Source: Chara braunii (Eukaryota > Plantae > Charophyceae). From it: DNA of 55,879 bases. Where the stretch lies: positions 510,640-566,518 of the forward strand of contig BFEA01000025.1 in NCBI GenBank assembly GCA_003427395.1, given 5' to 3'. How positions within the stretch are numbered: position 1 is the stretch's first letter; every line of letters begins with the position of its first letter. Shown one piece after another: positions 23,697-37,032 of the stretch. Below the pieces are notes generated by a model. That model had not been told where the DNA came from and did not search any database. It worked only from the letters and a program-made list of their open reading frames with translations. The translations under genes and the position numbers were made by a program.

Positions 23697-24093
23697 CTTT
23701 CTGAAATGCGCAGTAAAGTAACATCAGCAACAGTAACTCGCACTTCCTGAAGCAAACATCAGTAACAGTAACTTGTACTTTCTGATGCAAACATTTGTAA
23801 CAGTAACTTGTACTTTCTGATGCAAATATTTGTAACAGTAACTTGTAATTTCTGATGCAAATATTTGTAACAGTAACTTGTAATTTACTAATTTCTGAAG
23901 CAAATGGTTAACGAATGGTTAATAACAGTGACTGTTATTGACCATATATATATCAACCGTTTTCTTCAGAAAGTACAAGTACTAACTGTTACAAATGTTT
24001 TCTTCAGAAAGTGCAAGTTACTGTTACAAACGTCTGCTTCAGGAAGTGCGAGTTACTGTTGCTGATGTTACTTTACTGCGCATTTTCAGAAAA
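23697..24093. mobile_element. Foldback element built from ~35-bp tandem units
   Basis: About 60 bp of near-perfect terminal IR (TGCGCAGTAAAGTAACATCAGCAACAGTAACTCGCACTTCCTGAAGCA); units CAGTAACTTGTACTTTCTGATGCAAA.ATTTGTAA in both arms. Confidence 0.8.
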
Positions 24094-24508
24094 TACTACT
24101 AAATAGTAGTTTACCGTTAAGTTACTGGAAAATCCTCAGAGTCTGTGGAATTCGTGCTACTGTCTGAACTCTTGGTCACTGAGTTGAGTTACACTATGGG
24201 AAGCTCAGTGCTGTATACCTTACTGGAAGTTACTGTCACTGTAAAAGTGCTTCAGGGTAGTCCGGAAGTTAAGTTACCGTGCTTTGGCCGTTGGACCGTA
24301 CATGTGTGGCCATGAGGCTAGGTCAGTTCATTTCTCTCTTCCATCTGAAAATGTTTGACGACAAAGTTTGGGTAAGGTTGTGTCAACCTCTGTACAGTGA
24401 TTGCAGAGGAGTTGTAAGGGATGATTATGTACAGTCAAGTTTTCTAAGGGTTCCTTAGAAGTGACTGATTTGATCAATTGAGGGGTGTGCAAACATTAAG
24501 ACGTAGGG

Positions 24509-24550
<42 letters not shown>

Positions 24551-25312
24551 CATGGTACAAATGGATGTGTATGGTGCAGTCAAGGTTGAAACTTAGGGAA
24601 GAAGATGCGGAAATGCCGGAAAGTGTACAATACAGATCAGGGGCCAGCTGTGGAAGAGAGANNNNNNNNNNNNNNNNNNNNNNNNNNNNNNNNNNNNNNN
24701 NNNNNNNNNNNNNNNNNNNNNNNNNNNNNNNNNNNNAGGGGCCAGCTGTGGAAGAGAGACACGAAGGGTGTAAAAAGGGTCGACAGAACAAGAAGTATCA
24801 GACTGTACTAATAATGAGTAATAAAAAGCTCGTGAATTCGGCCAGCATGGTGCTGTACAAGCATAGTTTTTTTAGAAAGATAGCCTGTAAATCGTGTAGA
24901 CGATGTGGTGAACAAGGAACATTAACTCTCCGTAGAGGGCTAATCATGCCCTTGTGTTGAGGTGGGTGGTGTGAGCTTCTGCACTCTGTGTTATCCTTCT
25001 CTGTCCTTTTTGTCATAGTCAGCACAACTTGAAGTCAGGAATTGAGGAAATAACGTGATAGTAGATTGCATTCTGAAATTCTGAAGACTTTGTGCTCATA
25101 CATATAGCCTGTTGGAAGTGACAGGGAATGGCCAGTGGGGATGGCACCGACAACACTTAACTGATCTTTAAACTTTGAAGACATTCAACAAGTCACGTCT
25201 GCATTGTCTGGAACATCTCCAGGACAGGCAAAGGTCTGTGGGTGCCAGAAGAATGCATGCTTGGTGTGACAAATGGATAGCGTTGACAGATGGTTTGATG
25301 TTGAGCAGCTGT

Positions 25313-25371
<59 letters not shown>

Positions 25372-25626
25372 GAGGGAGGGAGCAGAGGATGAGAGATGAG
25401 GGGATGGAAAAGGGGGAAGAGAAACAGTGTTGAAAGACTCAGCTCATTCGATGGCACTGTTTGCTTCACGAAATATGTGGCCCACTCTCTGCTGCACCTT
25501 GTTTTGGTTGGCGATACATATTTCGGGGCAGGAATTCCAGATCAATCGTGGTTGTCTGCTGCAGAAACGATTGCAAATGTGTCTGCTGTGTGTGCTTAAG
25601 GATCCATAGATCAGGGACCTGAGAGG

Positions 25627-25665
<39 letters not shown>

Positions 25666-25669
25666 NNNN

Positions 25670-25714
<45 letters not shown>

Positions 25715-26224
25715 ACACACACACACACACCTCTCAACCCCCCCCTTTATGTGTGTGTGGGTCTCTCTACACACACATTGGGATAATGTGCATGTGAATT
25801 CACGTTCGCCTGTTCTTTTTCTCCACACACACACATGCTCTCTGGGGCATATGAAAGTGCATTGGACCATGGGTGCTCATACGGCCACGCTGTCAGATGT
25901 ACATATTCAACCACTTGGTGTGCATGCCATTGCCGAGGGTTGAATGCACGGTCATGCGCGCCTGTTGTTCTTCTCTGTCGTCTTGTTTTTGTTGTCTACA
26001 ACCACACACACACTTCTGGCGTGTGAATGTGCATTCAATTTGCGGGTGATTGCCGTTCCACCAAGCTGAACGTACTTTCATGCGACCTGCATCTTCTTCT
26101 TCTCCACATCGCCTTCGTGTGCACTTCTGAGTGTGTGGAGATGGAGGGTGAGGGAAATACTTGTGCACTTGCATTCACATGTTCCTCCTCTTGTTTTTTT
26201 TTCTTTCCTTGTGAGAAGCGCGCG

Positions 26225-26261
<37 letters not shown>

Positions 26262-28762
26262 TTGAACGTGTGTTGGAATGTATGATGATGGGTGGTTCAA
26301 ATGCTAACGAGCGGATGCGTTCAACCATGTTCATGGGTGCAACCTTGCAGGCACGTTCCCCCCTGCCCCCTCCAGGCACTCGCACACGCATGCATACATA
26401 CCAAATATGACAAAAGAAGAAGAGTAGGAGACAACTTGAAAGAACAAAAAGAAGAACCAACAAGATAGGCACAGAAGACCACAACGACGGGGGTACATGG
26501 CAACGAGGAGGGTGATAACGAGGAAATGGAGAGGAGGATGAGGGGACGATGAGGTTGGTTGGAATTTTGGTCCAGCCGTTGTCTACTGAGTACTACATTG
26601 TTTTGAAGGATGAGGGGGCGGCGGGGTTGGTTGGCCTGTTGAGTCCAGCATTGGAATGAGTTGGAGCAGTTGGTCAATGGTCAACCAAGGTCAACTATTG
26701 TTGTGGTCCCGCATACTGGACCAGTCAGCATCGAACAGGTCCCCGGTAAGGTAGGCTGGACCAAGGTACAACTGCATGCAGAATGTCTCAGCCTGCAGTC
26801 TTGGAAGCCGGCCGGAACTTGCACTTAGAATATCCTTACGTTAAGGTTTGGGGCGTCACGAACCTCCAGCCAGTTCCAATAGAAGGCATTTAAACTTTTC
26901 CAGTCCTACTCGATCACGGTTCGCTCGTTCTTTTTTTTTTTTCATGATTATGGCGATGGTTTTGAATCGTCAGATGCCTCCTTGACTGGCAAGTGACAAC
27001 GAGGGAGAGAATGTGTGCGATGTGTGTGTGATGATGTGTTCGTGTATGTATCCCCAGCACAAAGTGATCCAGACTGCTATCCCTGAAACGCTTGAACGCC
27101 AACTCATGATGATTCCGGTGTAATACTTTGATAGCATGACTCAGATCATGAAACCCAAAAGAACACAGAAACGAAGGGCAAAGAAACTTCTGTTTGTCAT
27201 ACTGTCACCTTTGTCGTCAGGAGTCTGAACTCTCTCCACACAGTCTGCAGAATCCCCATGTGCATTCAGTCGTAGTCTACGCCAATATTTGTTGCAAGTG
27301 GACATCCGGGCAGGCAGCCATCAGCAGGTCATAACAAGGACAGCAAGCGGGCGAGCGAGCAGCAAGGCAATATTCGTTAGCGATAAAGCAGAGCGCGTAG
27401 GTAAGCAGGTGGGCGAAAAGACACAGGAAGCCAAGCACCAAGACACCGACCAGACAAACAGGCAAGCGGACGAGTGGGCAGATGGATGGAAGGGCACAGG
27501 AGGCAAGCTGACAGGAGCGCAGCAAATCAATGGCGCAAGCAAGAGGGCAGATGACAAGTCACAAGGCAAGTGGGTAAGCACTTAGGCAACCTGAGGGTAA
27601 TGGAAGAGCAACCAAGCCAGTGAGATGCAGCAACGAAGCAGCGGGCGGCAGGGCCGGCAGCGGTAGAGGCGGGAAGCAAAACAACAAGATGAGTAACAGT
27701 CTTAAGAGCTCACAGACGAATGATGAACGGAGCATAATCGCGACCACACAGCAAAGCACACTGCATCGACACAGCAAGCAGGGCCGCGAGGAAATGAATC
27801 ATGAAGGTATTGACACAGCAAGCAGGTGGGAAGATGAGTGGAAAGCAAGTGTGGCATACAGGCTGGCAGGCAAGCAGCAGGGGGGCAGCAAAGCTACACA
27901 AGGCAAGTGAGCGGGCAGCCAGGCAGCAATGTGGTAGCAACAAGGATGTCCACTTATCCAGCGCGGACCAAAGCAGATCATCAACGACATCTACTCGCAC
28001 CTCCAGTTGGAACTCTACAGACTGTACGGACCCGTTTTCCAGCAGGTGCTGCTCCCCACTAATAGATCGGAGCGACCAGGAAGCGCGCTAGAGGAGGATG
28101 CGCTCTTATCACTTCCTCCAGGGGGCGGACTGTTTTTTTTTTTTTCTTTCTTCTTTGTGAACCACGCTTCCTGAAATGTTCCAGATCTGGCGAGCCTGGC
28201 TATTCGCAACATACTTGCATGAAACAGGTACGCCGAGATTTGCGAGGGGCGGCTACAGACTGTAGGTTCATCCTACCATCATGAGCCTGGGAGCCACAAG
28301 GCAAATGTCTGCCACCACCGGGGAACCGCCGCAGGTGTATTGTCCGTTTTTAAAACAAATTACACAAGTCTGACAAATTGAACATCACATTCATCAATAT
28401 CATTCGCCATTCTCCGTAATTCCGTAGAGAAACATTGTATGAACAGCACTGCTGTCGCAGAAATGAAGTCATCGCATGAACTTGAAGAGCTTGTGTGCAA
28501 CCTGATCTCCGGCACATCAACCTGGTCTCCGGCCATTAGCCGCTAATCATTCTGATAGCATGAGATGTATCTACCAGGCATCATGCACCAAATACAGAGA
28601 ATATCCGGCTTGCTGTACCCTGGTAATAGTCCCAGCTCTCTATTGCACTGTAGTAGTGTCCTACACAGATTTCTGACTGACTCTTCATTGGATGGCCAAC
28701 AATAGTGTGGTGGCTCATCTCCGAATTTTCGCCGCACCGCTCCAAGGGCATGAGGTTGTTAA

Positions 28763-28911
28763 GCCGCCAGTACCTCTCCCATTTCTGGGACGCGGGCAGT
28801 TTCGGAAGGCCGAAACGAAAAAAACAGGCCGCCGATTCGATTTATCGACAGCAACCCTCCCCCGTTCGGCCCCGACGTCTCACCAAAATAGCTGGGAAAG
28901 GTACTGGTGGT
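28763..28911. mobile_element. TTAA-flanked MITE (149 bp)
   Basis: TTAA|GCCGCCAGTACCT...AGGTACTGGTGGT|TTAA. Confidence 0.75.
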
Positions 28912-29270
28912 TTAAGGAACTATGTTAGCTTGGTTGGCACCAAGCATGCCCCAGGCGATTAGTAGGGGGATTGAACCCTTGTCGTTGCTCCCCCTGGTGG
29001 TGTGTGGGAGAGGGTTGGCCTTGGGCACTGCTGTTACTTGATGGGGGTGGGAGATGACGAAAAAGAGGGCCCAGCTACTGGCAAAATGCTCGGTCTTTTC
29101 TTAGCCAGGGCCTCACCAGTGGCCCCAACCCTGCACCCTAAACCACTAGGGCAAGGGGCAAAATGCAATATCCCATACACTTTGAGAGTTAGCTATGCTT
29201 GCACGGTAGTGAAAGATGAATGTGAGAGAGAAATATAGCTAAGTTAAAGAAAAAGTTGTTTAGAACTTAA

Positions 29271-29432
29271 CATACTTGCGGCGCATTAGTGCGGTGCGCT
29301 GCGCCGTGCGGCATGCGCGTGGTGACACCACGCGCGCATGTGCGCGCGCACGCGCACGAGTGTGCCGTGCGCGCAGCGCATGGGGACGCGCTACCACTGC
29401 AAGGTTGGCACTGTGCGCAATGCCTATTTTCG

Positions 29433-29482
<50 letters not shown>

Positions 29483-30540
29483 AGAACCGTGTGCTGACAC
29501 TATCGGACCGAAGAAACCGCCCTTATCAACGGGCAACATGAATCTGGAAGCGGGGCGACATGTACAAAGGACAAAAAATATGGCGTTGTATCTTTCCATG
29601 TTCTGGCGGAAGATTCATTCATACCTTGGGTGGTGGAGAGCGAAGGGCCGATGAATCACGTAAGCACGTAACGTATCTCTGGAACCTTTCTTTTTTTTTT
29701 TTTGGAGAATCTCTGAACAAATGAGACTGAATCCTCCGCTTGAACATGGAAAGATACATTGCCATATATGTCTTGTTGTGCATGTCGAGAGTAGTGCAGC
29801 GAGCCCGCTGGTAAACATTACCGTTGAGGTTCTGACAGGTTGGACGCGCCGGGCTTCACTCGTGCAAAGAGCTGTTCTTCCTTTACGTTTTTTTCCTTTT
29901 ATTAAAAAAAAAATAAATCCAGGAAAAACGATTGCCAGTTCCGTCGTTTTCTACTTCAGAAGTAGTACGAAGAGAACGTTTTGAGAGATGGCGACCCTTA
30001 TCATGACTGAATCTGTCCTGCAAGAACCCTACCATACAGACTGCAATTACCGTCGAGGTTCTGACAGGTTGGACGTGCCGGGCGACACTCGTGCAAAGAA
30101 ATTCTGATTTTCTTCCTTCAAAAAAAAAAAAAAAAAAAAAAACATTCCAGGAAAGACGGCTGTCAGTTCCGTCATTTTCTACTTCCGAAGTAATAAGAAG
30201 AGAACGTTTTGAGAAATTGCGACCCTCATCATGACTGAATCTGGCCTGCAAGAACCCTACCATACAGACTGCAATACCCTACCACACACACACTGTTACC
30301 CGAACTACAGGTTACTAAAAACTTTCAGGCCAATGCGCGGCCTCCAAAAAAAATTTGGCTGCCCGTTTCTTATTTTACGCGAGCAGGGGGCCGGGTCTAC
30401 TACCGCCCCTCACAAGTTTTTTTTTTTTTTTTTTACCCCCATTTTTTTAGGTGCGCCGCATGCAGTGCGCGCGCGTCGTGCGGGATGCGCGGTGCGACGC
30501 ACGTGCACAGTGCAGCGCATCGCGATGCGCCGCATGTATG
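29271..30540. mobile_element. Non-autonomous hAT-like TIR element (1.27 kb) with an internal ~230-bp tandem duplication
   Basis: TIR CATAC(T/A)TGCGGCGCAT; 8-bp TSD GAACTTAA (29263-29270 and 30541-30548); TGCG-rich subtermini. Confidence 0.9.
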
Positions 30541-31457
30541 GAACTTAAGTTTCCCGAAAAAGCATTTCAGTATCTTTTGCCCTGAGACTCTTTTTGGTAA
30601 CTGGATCACCTGAACCGTGATCCGCTCCTGAGTTGTTGTAGAATTGTTTTACGCTTGCCGATCCCGTGTGCAACCATCCTGCAATCAAAACCACCTTTTG
30701 TTTCCTCTGCTGCACCACGATTAGAAAATTCTTGTCTTATCGAGAAAAACGAAGTAACACTTTCCCACACAGCGCGTATTTCCATTTCTTACCCTCTGAA
30801 AGCTACCCAAATAGGACCATCAATCTTCTTTGGTCCTGAAACAAATCCAGTGACACCTTTATACATCATTTGCATACCTTATCGGTCAAGTTCACTTATA
30901 GAAATGCTTTGTCCGCTCATAAATCTGAAGGATTGGGTGGCTGACCGTTGGATGTGCCACTGAAATGTGAGCAAAGAAGACCTTCGACATATCAGGTGGT
31001 TTCAACTTAGGGCTGGTCCCCACAGGCGCGCGGTAGTTTTGCGCCTCGAAAGCATCCGCCAGCACAAATCGTAGCCATCGGGAATGGGCAAGAGAGAAAG
31101 GACTCCGCCACCACAACGGACTTCCGCACATCCGCGGGTTTAGGTTACCAGATCATGAAGACTTGCCCTTTCAGGCAAGTGTCTCTTCTGTTTTTCAGCA
31201 CAACGTCCAAGCCCTGTGCCTCCTTTCCATGGGGGGGATGGCTGAATCAAGAGGGGGGCCTGGGGGCTAGCATGTTTTTTTTGCACAATAATTCGGAAAA
31301 TTGGAGTGCCACAGAGGAATTTCCCATCATGACGCGATGTGGAAACGTCCTCCCAAAGTTTTCCAGGCTGCTCCCTACGGCCTGTGGGGCCTGAAAAAGA
31401 ACCTCGCTGCCAATCCATATGCTTTTCAGCATGCCTGTGGGGTCCAGACCTTATTAA

Positions 31458-31607
31458 ACCACCAGTACTTCCTAAAGTTGCGCCCGTTAACGCTACATGA
31501 TTTTAGGAAACGTACGGGCCACTACAGGAGCGCCCAAATTCATCCAACTAGAAACGTTTCTACTCTATTTTTTTCCGCGGCCGATAGCTGGGCCAAGTAC
31601 TGGTGGT
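31458..31607. mobile_element. TTAA-flanked MITE (150 bp), same family as 28763
   Basis: TTAA|ACCACCAGTACTT...AAGTACTGGTGGT|TTAA, perfect 13-bp TIR. Confidence 0.8.
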
Positions 31608-34201
31608 TTAAGACTAAAACCGGCCAAGTTAATTGATTGTGCCTCCGTGGAGCAAAGTCGTGTTGCGCTACCTTGTCGTAAGTTCTAGACTGCAGCATTT
31701 TCATCTCGTAGTATACCGGAAACAATTGAGCATGTCTTTCTTCAATACCCAGGAGCTGTATGGTTATGGGAGATGGTGGGACAGAATCTGGAAGGCTCTC
31801 TGCTTTATGCGTCATGGGGTCCGGGTGAGTTGGACATGACATTGTTTACAAGAAATTTGTTTAGAGTTTAGAGAGGGGTTGTTAGATGGGCTATTAGAAA
31901 AGGGTTGTTATATGGGCAATCTTGTGGCGGTGCTGCATGGTTGAAAGAGAGGGAGTGAGAAGAGAAGGCTCGGAATTCACAGATGTTTTTAAACAACAAA
32001 GACAAACAGATATTCCTACCCAATGGGACGTAGTATGCAGGCGTCTCTAGACTATCTTGACTCACTCGGAAATTAAACAACAAATTCAGCAATTTAGTGG
32101 TAGCTGGACTAGTGGTGGAAAACTGGGGAAAATACAATCGAAAGGGGGAAAAGGAGGAGAGATGGGCTTTGTTCACGTCACGCGATGATAGAGCGATGCG
32201 GCTAGAAATCACCGGGCAGGGCGAAAAATTTTGAGGTCACCACGCCCAAACTGCCTTGCCACGCACGAAGGCCATGACTGCCCTTTGCAGTTGTGGAGTC
32301 TGTCTAGCGTTACTTCCCGTTGTGCGTTGAGAGTGAGGGCGGCGTGAACATTACACGCTATTTATATTAAGACCGACACACGGCAGCGTGTTTGGTTTTC
32401 AGATACGACGCTAAGCCTTGTTGATATCATAACTCATCGACTTATTTCAACATTGTGGCAACGGGGGAGGCTACTTCTGTGCTGTCATCTTTTGTCGGGA
32501 GATTGACGTGAGACATTGCCGTGAAACCTGTGAGTCAATACACCGACTTCCTTGAGCATCGCGACAAAGCAGGGCGATGTCATTTTTATCGGGAGATTGA
32601 CGTGAGATATTTCTGCGAAAGTTGTGCATCAGTGATTTATTGGTGGTTAATAGGTGTGTGCGACGCCAGGGAAGATATTCATTCGGTTTTACCATATACA
32701 CCCAGCCCTTCTTAACCTTTGTGTGCCATTAAATAAATTTCCCCCACAAACTTCACGATAAAACTCCATTCACAGCACGCGCTCTGTTATCTTCGCCGTT
32801 GTATGCTAAACATGAATTTTTCGGTAAACTGTTTCACTTGAATTTGTTAGGGTAAATGCATCTTTTAGGTTTTTTCAAGCGTTACGTGACTTGTCCGCTG
32901 TTTATTTATAGTTTTTGGCTGTTGAGTATTCCCTTCCTTATTTACACCAAACACAGGTTTCTTACCGTAAGTGGGTTGTTTACGTTGGTGGCAGTTTTGC
33001 TCTTCTTAGTACATTGGTGGCAGTTTTGCTCTCTTTAGTACGTTGGTGGCAGTTTTGCTCTCCTTAGTACGTTGGTGGCAGTTTTGCTCTCCTTAGTTTG
33101 GTGGGTGTCTCTCTTACTAGATTGAATCAGAATTGGATTGAGAAGCATTTAGGGGTTGTAGAATCAACATTGGAATTTGGAACACACTCAGTCTGTGCAA
33201 TTTCAGCCTAAACAGGCTTTTTACCATGGCCGATGATATCACTTCTCACCTTTAAGCGGCAGAAGAATGACAAGTAAAAGAGATGATTGTGAATTGCTTT
33301 ATAAGAGGTGAAGAGAACCTTGTTTTGGTCGCGAAGTATATTAAATCCTCAATAAATGAAGAGCAGAAAACACTTGAAGTACACTTGCCAATGGATGAAA
33401 ATTTTGAGGATCTCCTTGTTGATTACTTGAAGAAACATGGAATAATGATACTCTTCGCTGATTGTGGAGCCGATATGACCTTTCAAGAAAAAGAAGAGTG
33501 GCTTAGACGCGGTGAATCCAAATGCGACGAGGCCAGGTGAGACGCATGGGCGAGTCAGACCTGAAGAGGTCACTCTGCTTTCCTTCCTGGTGTCGGGCGG
33601 GCAATTAAGAAATTGGTTGATCAATGACCAGGGTGAGGGGATGATTAGGTGGAAAGGAGGGTAGTACAAGGTGAGATTCCGGCCCTGGTTAGCTGACTCC
33701 GAATTGCAAAATCAGCGCCAGAGCATTCAGGATGGTAGGTTCTGGATTAGGGTACTTAAAATCCCTTATGTAGCCCTATCCTCCCTGCAGGCTTCGATTG
33801 AAGCAAATTATAAGAAAGTAATTAGAGCTTAATCATTGGAGAAAAAAAAAAAATGAGTCAGGGTTGGTTAATCGGAGGTATGATCTGGAAGCGTCAACTA
33901 CCTTCTAAGCCCTTCTTCCCCCGAATACAACGTACGGTCATTACAGTTGTATGTGAGCCACCTTTCAGTCTAGAATCTAGACAGCTATGATAACCATACG
34001 TTGTATTCGGGGGAAGAAGGTAGGTCAAAAGTCCAACCCACTATCATTGTCTTCACCACTCACGGATTGCTGAAATTGCAAGTAGTAACTCAGGATACTT
34101 ATTGGTGTGATGTCCATGAATGGTATGGGCATCCATCAGTGAAGGGGAAATATTTGGAGAAAGTGCCACAAGACAAGTGGGCTAATATTATATGGTTGGC
34201 A

Positions 34202-34360
34202 CGTTACATCAATTGGACAAATACATATATAAGACCCTAAAGGAGCAATACGACAAGCACGAAGCCGCAGACGCGAACTTTCGACGTCTTAGCTACGTGC
34301 GATACGCAGACGACTTTGTGATAGGCATTACCGACCCTCTTCCTGACGCAATTGAGATAC
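34202..34360 (+). pseudogene. Group II intron RT/maturase fragment (organelle-like insertion)
   Basis: LHQLDKYI (RT4 end)...NFRRLSYVRYADDFVIGI (RT5, YADD). Confidence 0.85.
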
Positions 34361-35225
34361 GTGTATCATGTACTCTTTCTTGTAATTTTGAATACTAGAC
34401 CAACCTACTAACATGCAAATAGGTATTAAGAACGTAATCAACACCACAAAGAATAAAGAAATCCCATCTAAGACCTATATAAAAATTGATATTTGAGTAA
34501 GGAAGCCATCGTATTGTTTCAACAAATTGGGGAAGGAAATATTTGGAGAAAGTGCCACAAGACCAGTGGGCTAATATTATACGGTTGGCAAAAGAGGAAG
34601 AGAGTCAAGAGAATAAAAGTCAGAGAGCTCGCCAAGTGGGGGAGAGAAGGCAAAGTTGTCAAACATTAGGAATACAGTAAAGAATACGGAAAAAGAAAAA
34701 AACACTCAGCATGATAGGAGATACGAAAAAAGGGTCATGTTGAAAAGGGGAGAGGTGAACGAATGGAGCACTTTTCCCCATACTGCAGGGGAGAGGGGGG
34801 CGGGNGGGGGGGGGGGACAAGTCGTGGGGGGATTAAAGGTGGTAGGGGTGGAGGGTTGTAATCATTTCGGGTACTTCGGGAGAAGAATTTTCGGATAACG
34901 CAGATCGTGAGTGGGGCCAACTTGTATCATCAGGGACACAGCAAGGAGGAGTGTCGGTTGGACAAAGACTACAGGATGGCGAGAATTATACCATGCCAAC
35001 TTTTATGGTCTTCCCACTCATTTTGGCATGGTCTAAAGAGGAGTTGAGACTCCTCACAGCGATGAATGAGAATCAGCATCTCTTCATACCTCACAGTGCA
35101 ATCGATACTGAGCCAGACATTTCTGACATGAGTAATGAGATTCAAAAATGGTTGGGTGCAGGTTATCGATTGCGAAAAAATGGCCTGAAGTGCAGTGGAT
35201 TAAGATCCTCAAAACGCTCCTTAGG

Positions 35226-36115
35226 CTAGGAGGCCGGCGCTGCGCATCGCTAGCGCCCTGGTACTCTGCAGGGACCGGCTGGCAAGGCCCAGCCTGCTCT
35301 CTGTGTGACGCGTCAGCAACACTGACGTGGCTTTCACGCCGGATCATGTGCATGTCACGTGGCGTGCAATGTAGTGCCCGTTTGAGAGGGGTGTTTCTGG
35401 TGGGGAAGGGGTGTTACTAGGAGTACGAGATGCGATGTGTGACGTGGCAAGGGCTTACACGCGCCACGGCTTTAACTATGAGGAGCGATATTGGGGCGTT
35501 CATTATCGAGCCTGCAGCATCGACAGGGGCGAAGATGGCGTGCTTGAGTGACATGTGGACAGGAGACACCGAATGGCTCTGCACTGCTCAAGCGACTGCT
35601 GCGCGCTTAAGTCAGATCCTGACGAAGTTGCGAATGGTTGTGATCGAAAGGGAGAAGTTGTCGATCTTGTGGATTCGAAGTGCTCAGCAATCTTTAATGG
35701 AGATTGGATGGGGGTTGGAAGAGGGGCCGGCCCCCCACCTGGAATTCATGGATCGGCCACGATCGAATGCGTTCATCCGGCGCTGCTATAATGACCTGGA
35801 GGAGGGGCAAGGTCTTTGTGGCGACTTGGAGGATAGACTCTACGACGACGACAACGACGATATCACGAACGACGCTCGTGACAGCAGCATCACCATTGAC
35901 TACGCGGTCGATACCGGCAACCATGACGACAATAATCAGCTCATCTGCGTCGCTGAGGCCTGCAAAAACAACAACAACAGCAATGACACATTGACGGTGT
36001 CTGTGGCACAGGCCGCAAACATCAACAACAACAACCACATGGTGCGGGATAGAGGGATGGGAGGAGCAATCTCCAGTCTGTGCGCGCCTGGGAACGATGA
36101 CGATCTTGACACTGA

Positions 36116-36147
<32 letters not shown>

Positions 36148-37032
36148 CAGTACGCAACAACAAAACCTACATCAGCAAAAAAAATTGGTGACGATACTCG
36201 TGGAAAAGTAAGTGTGACTCGCCTGTTTCTCTCCCCCCTTTCTCCCCCTGCCACCCCGCTTTCCCTCCTGTCTTCTTTGGGGAGCGATTGGGGCCAAGGG
36301 CGAGAGGGTTGGGTGAGTGGAATGTTTGGTGAACACGAAGACAGTGCGGGGATGCCGGGGGTGGGATGGTGGCATGAAGACAACACCCTAATTAGCATCA
36401 AGGCCCCCCACCTTGTGTGGACTCATGGATCGTGCAGATCGTGGGGGGAGGTTGGTGCAGGTAATCTGATACAACCTTGTTCCCTAATTTGAGTGCCCCT
36501 CCTCCGTGTGACGCAGTAAGAGCGCTTGGCTCAATCGCTGGTTATGAGGATCGAGGGGGGATATGGCGATTTGGGGATTACCTATAATGTGATGACTTGG
36601 TGATAATTCTGGAATTAGCCATAATAGTTGACTTAACTCGCTATTCTGATTGCCTCTCCCCCTCATGGTGTTGTGAAGGTCTTGTTAGTGTATGATGAGG
36701 GTTTCGGAACATGAATTCCATTTTAACCGCGATGAGCAGTTAATCCCTTTGGTTGAGGGCAATCAATGTTGCTCATCAGATAATAGAGTGTGCCCACGTG
36801 TTGCTTCGGTTGATCATGCATGCATTCTGTGGGATGGACACGTAGCGTGTTGACATGAATTCGGGTGTTTTCAGAACACCTGGCTATAAATGTTGAGGGA
36901 CACTGGACCCGATTTCCAGCAGGTGTCGTTCCCCACCAATAGATGGAGCCTCCCCGAGCATGCTAGTGGTGTCTGCTCTTATCAGCACCCCTAGCATTCA
37001 CTCGGGTTGTTTTCTCAAAAAAAAAAAAAAAA
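35226..37032 (+). mobile_element. 1.8-kb poly(A)-tailed non-autonomous retroposon inserted in LINE ORF1
   Basis: Degenerate TSD AAAACGCTC(GA)CTTAGG on both sides; A16 tail; structured 3' end shared with 11130-11290 and 28025-28130. Confidence 0.65.
35430..36191 (+). CDS. Orphan 253-aa ORF (helical N-half, Asp/Asn-rich C-half) inside the retroposon
   Basis: Uninterrupted ORF; no recognisable domain; contains an (AAC)n tract. Confidence 0.35.

Noticed and set aside
24638-24760. AGGGGCCAGCTGTGGAAGAGAGA repeated across an N gap
   Set aside because: Same assembly-gap signature; cannot be called a TSD
35231-35300. GGCCGGC...ACCGGCTGG resembling HDV ribozyme P1
   Set aside because: L3 lacks the pyrimidines needed for P1.1, and no J4/2 or P2 partner was found
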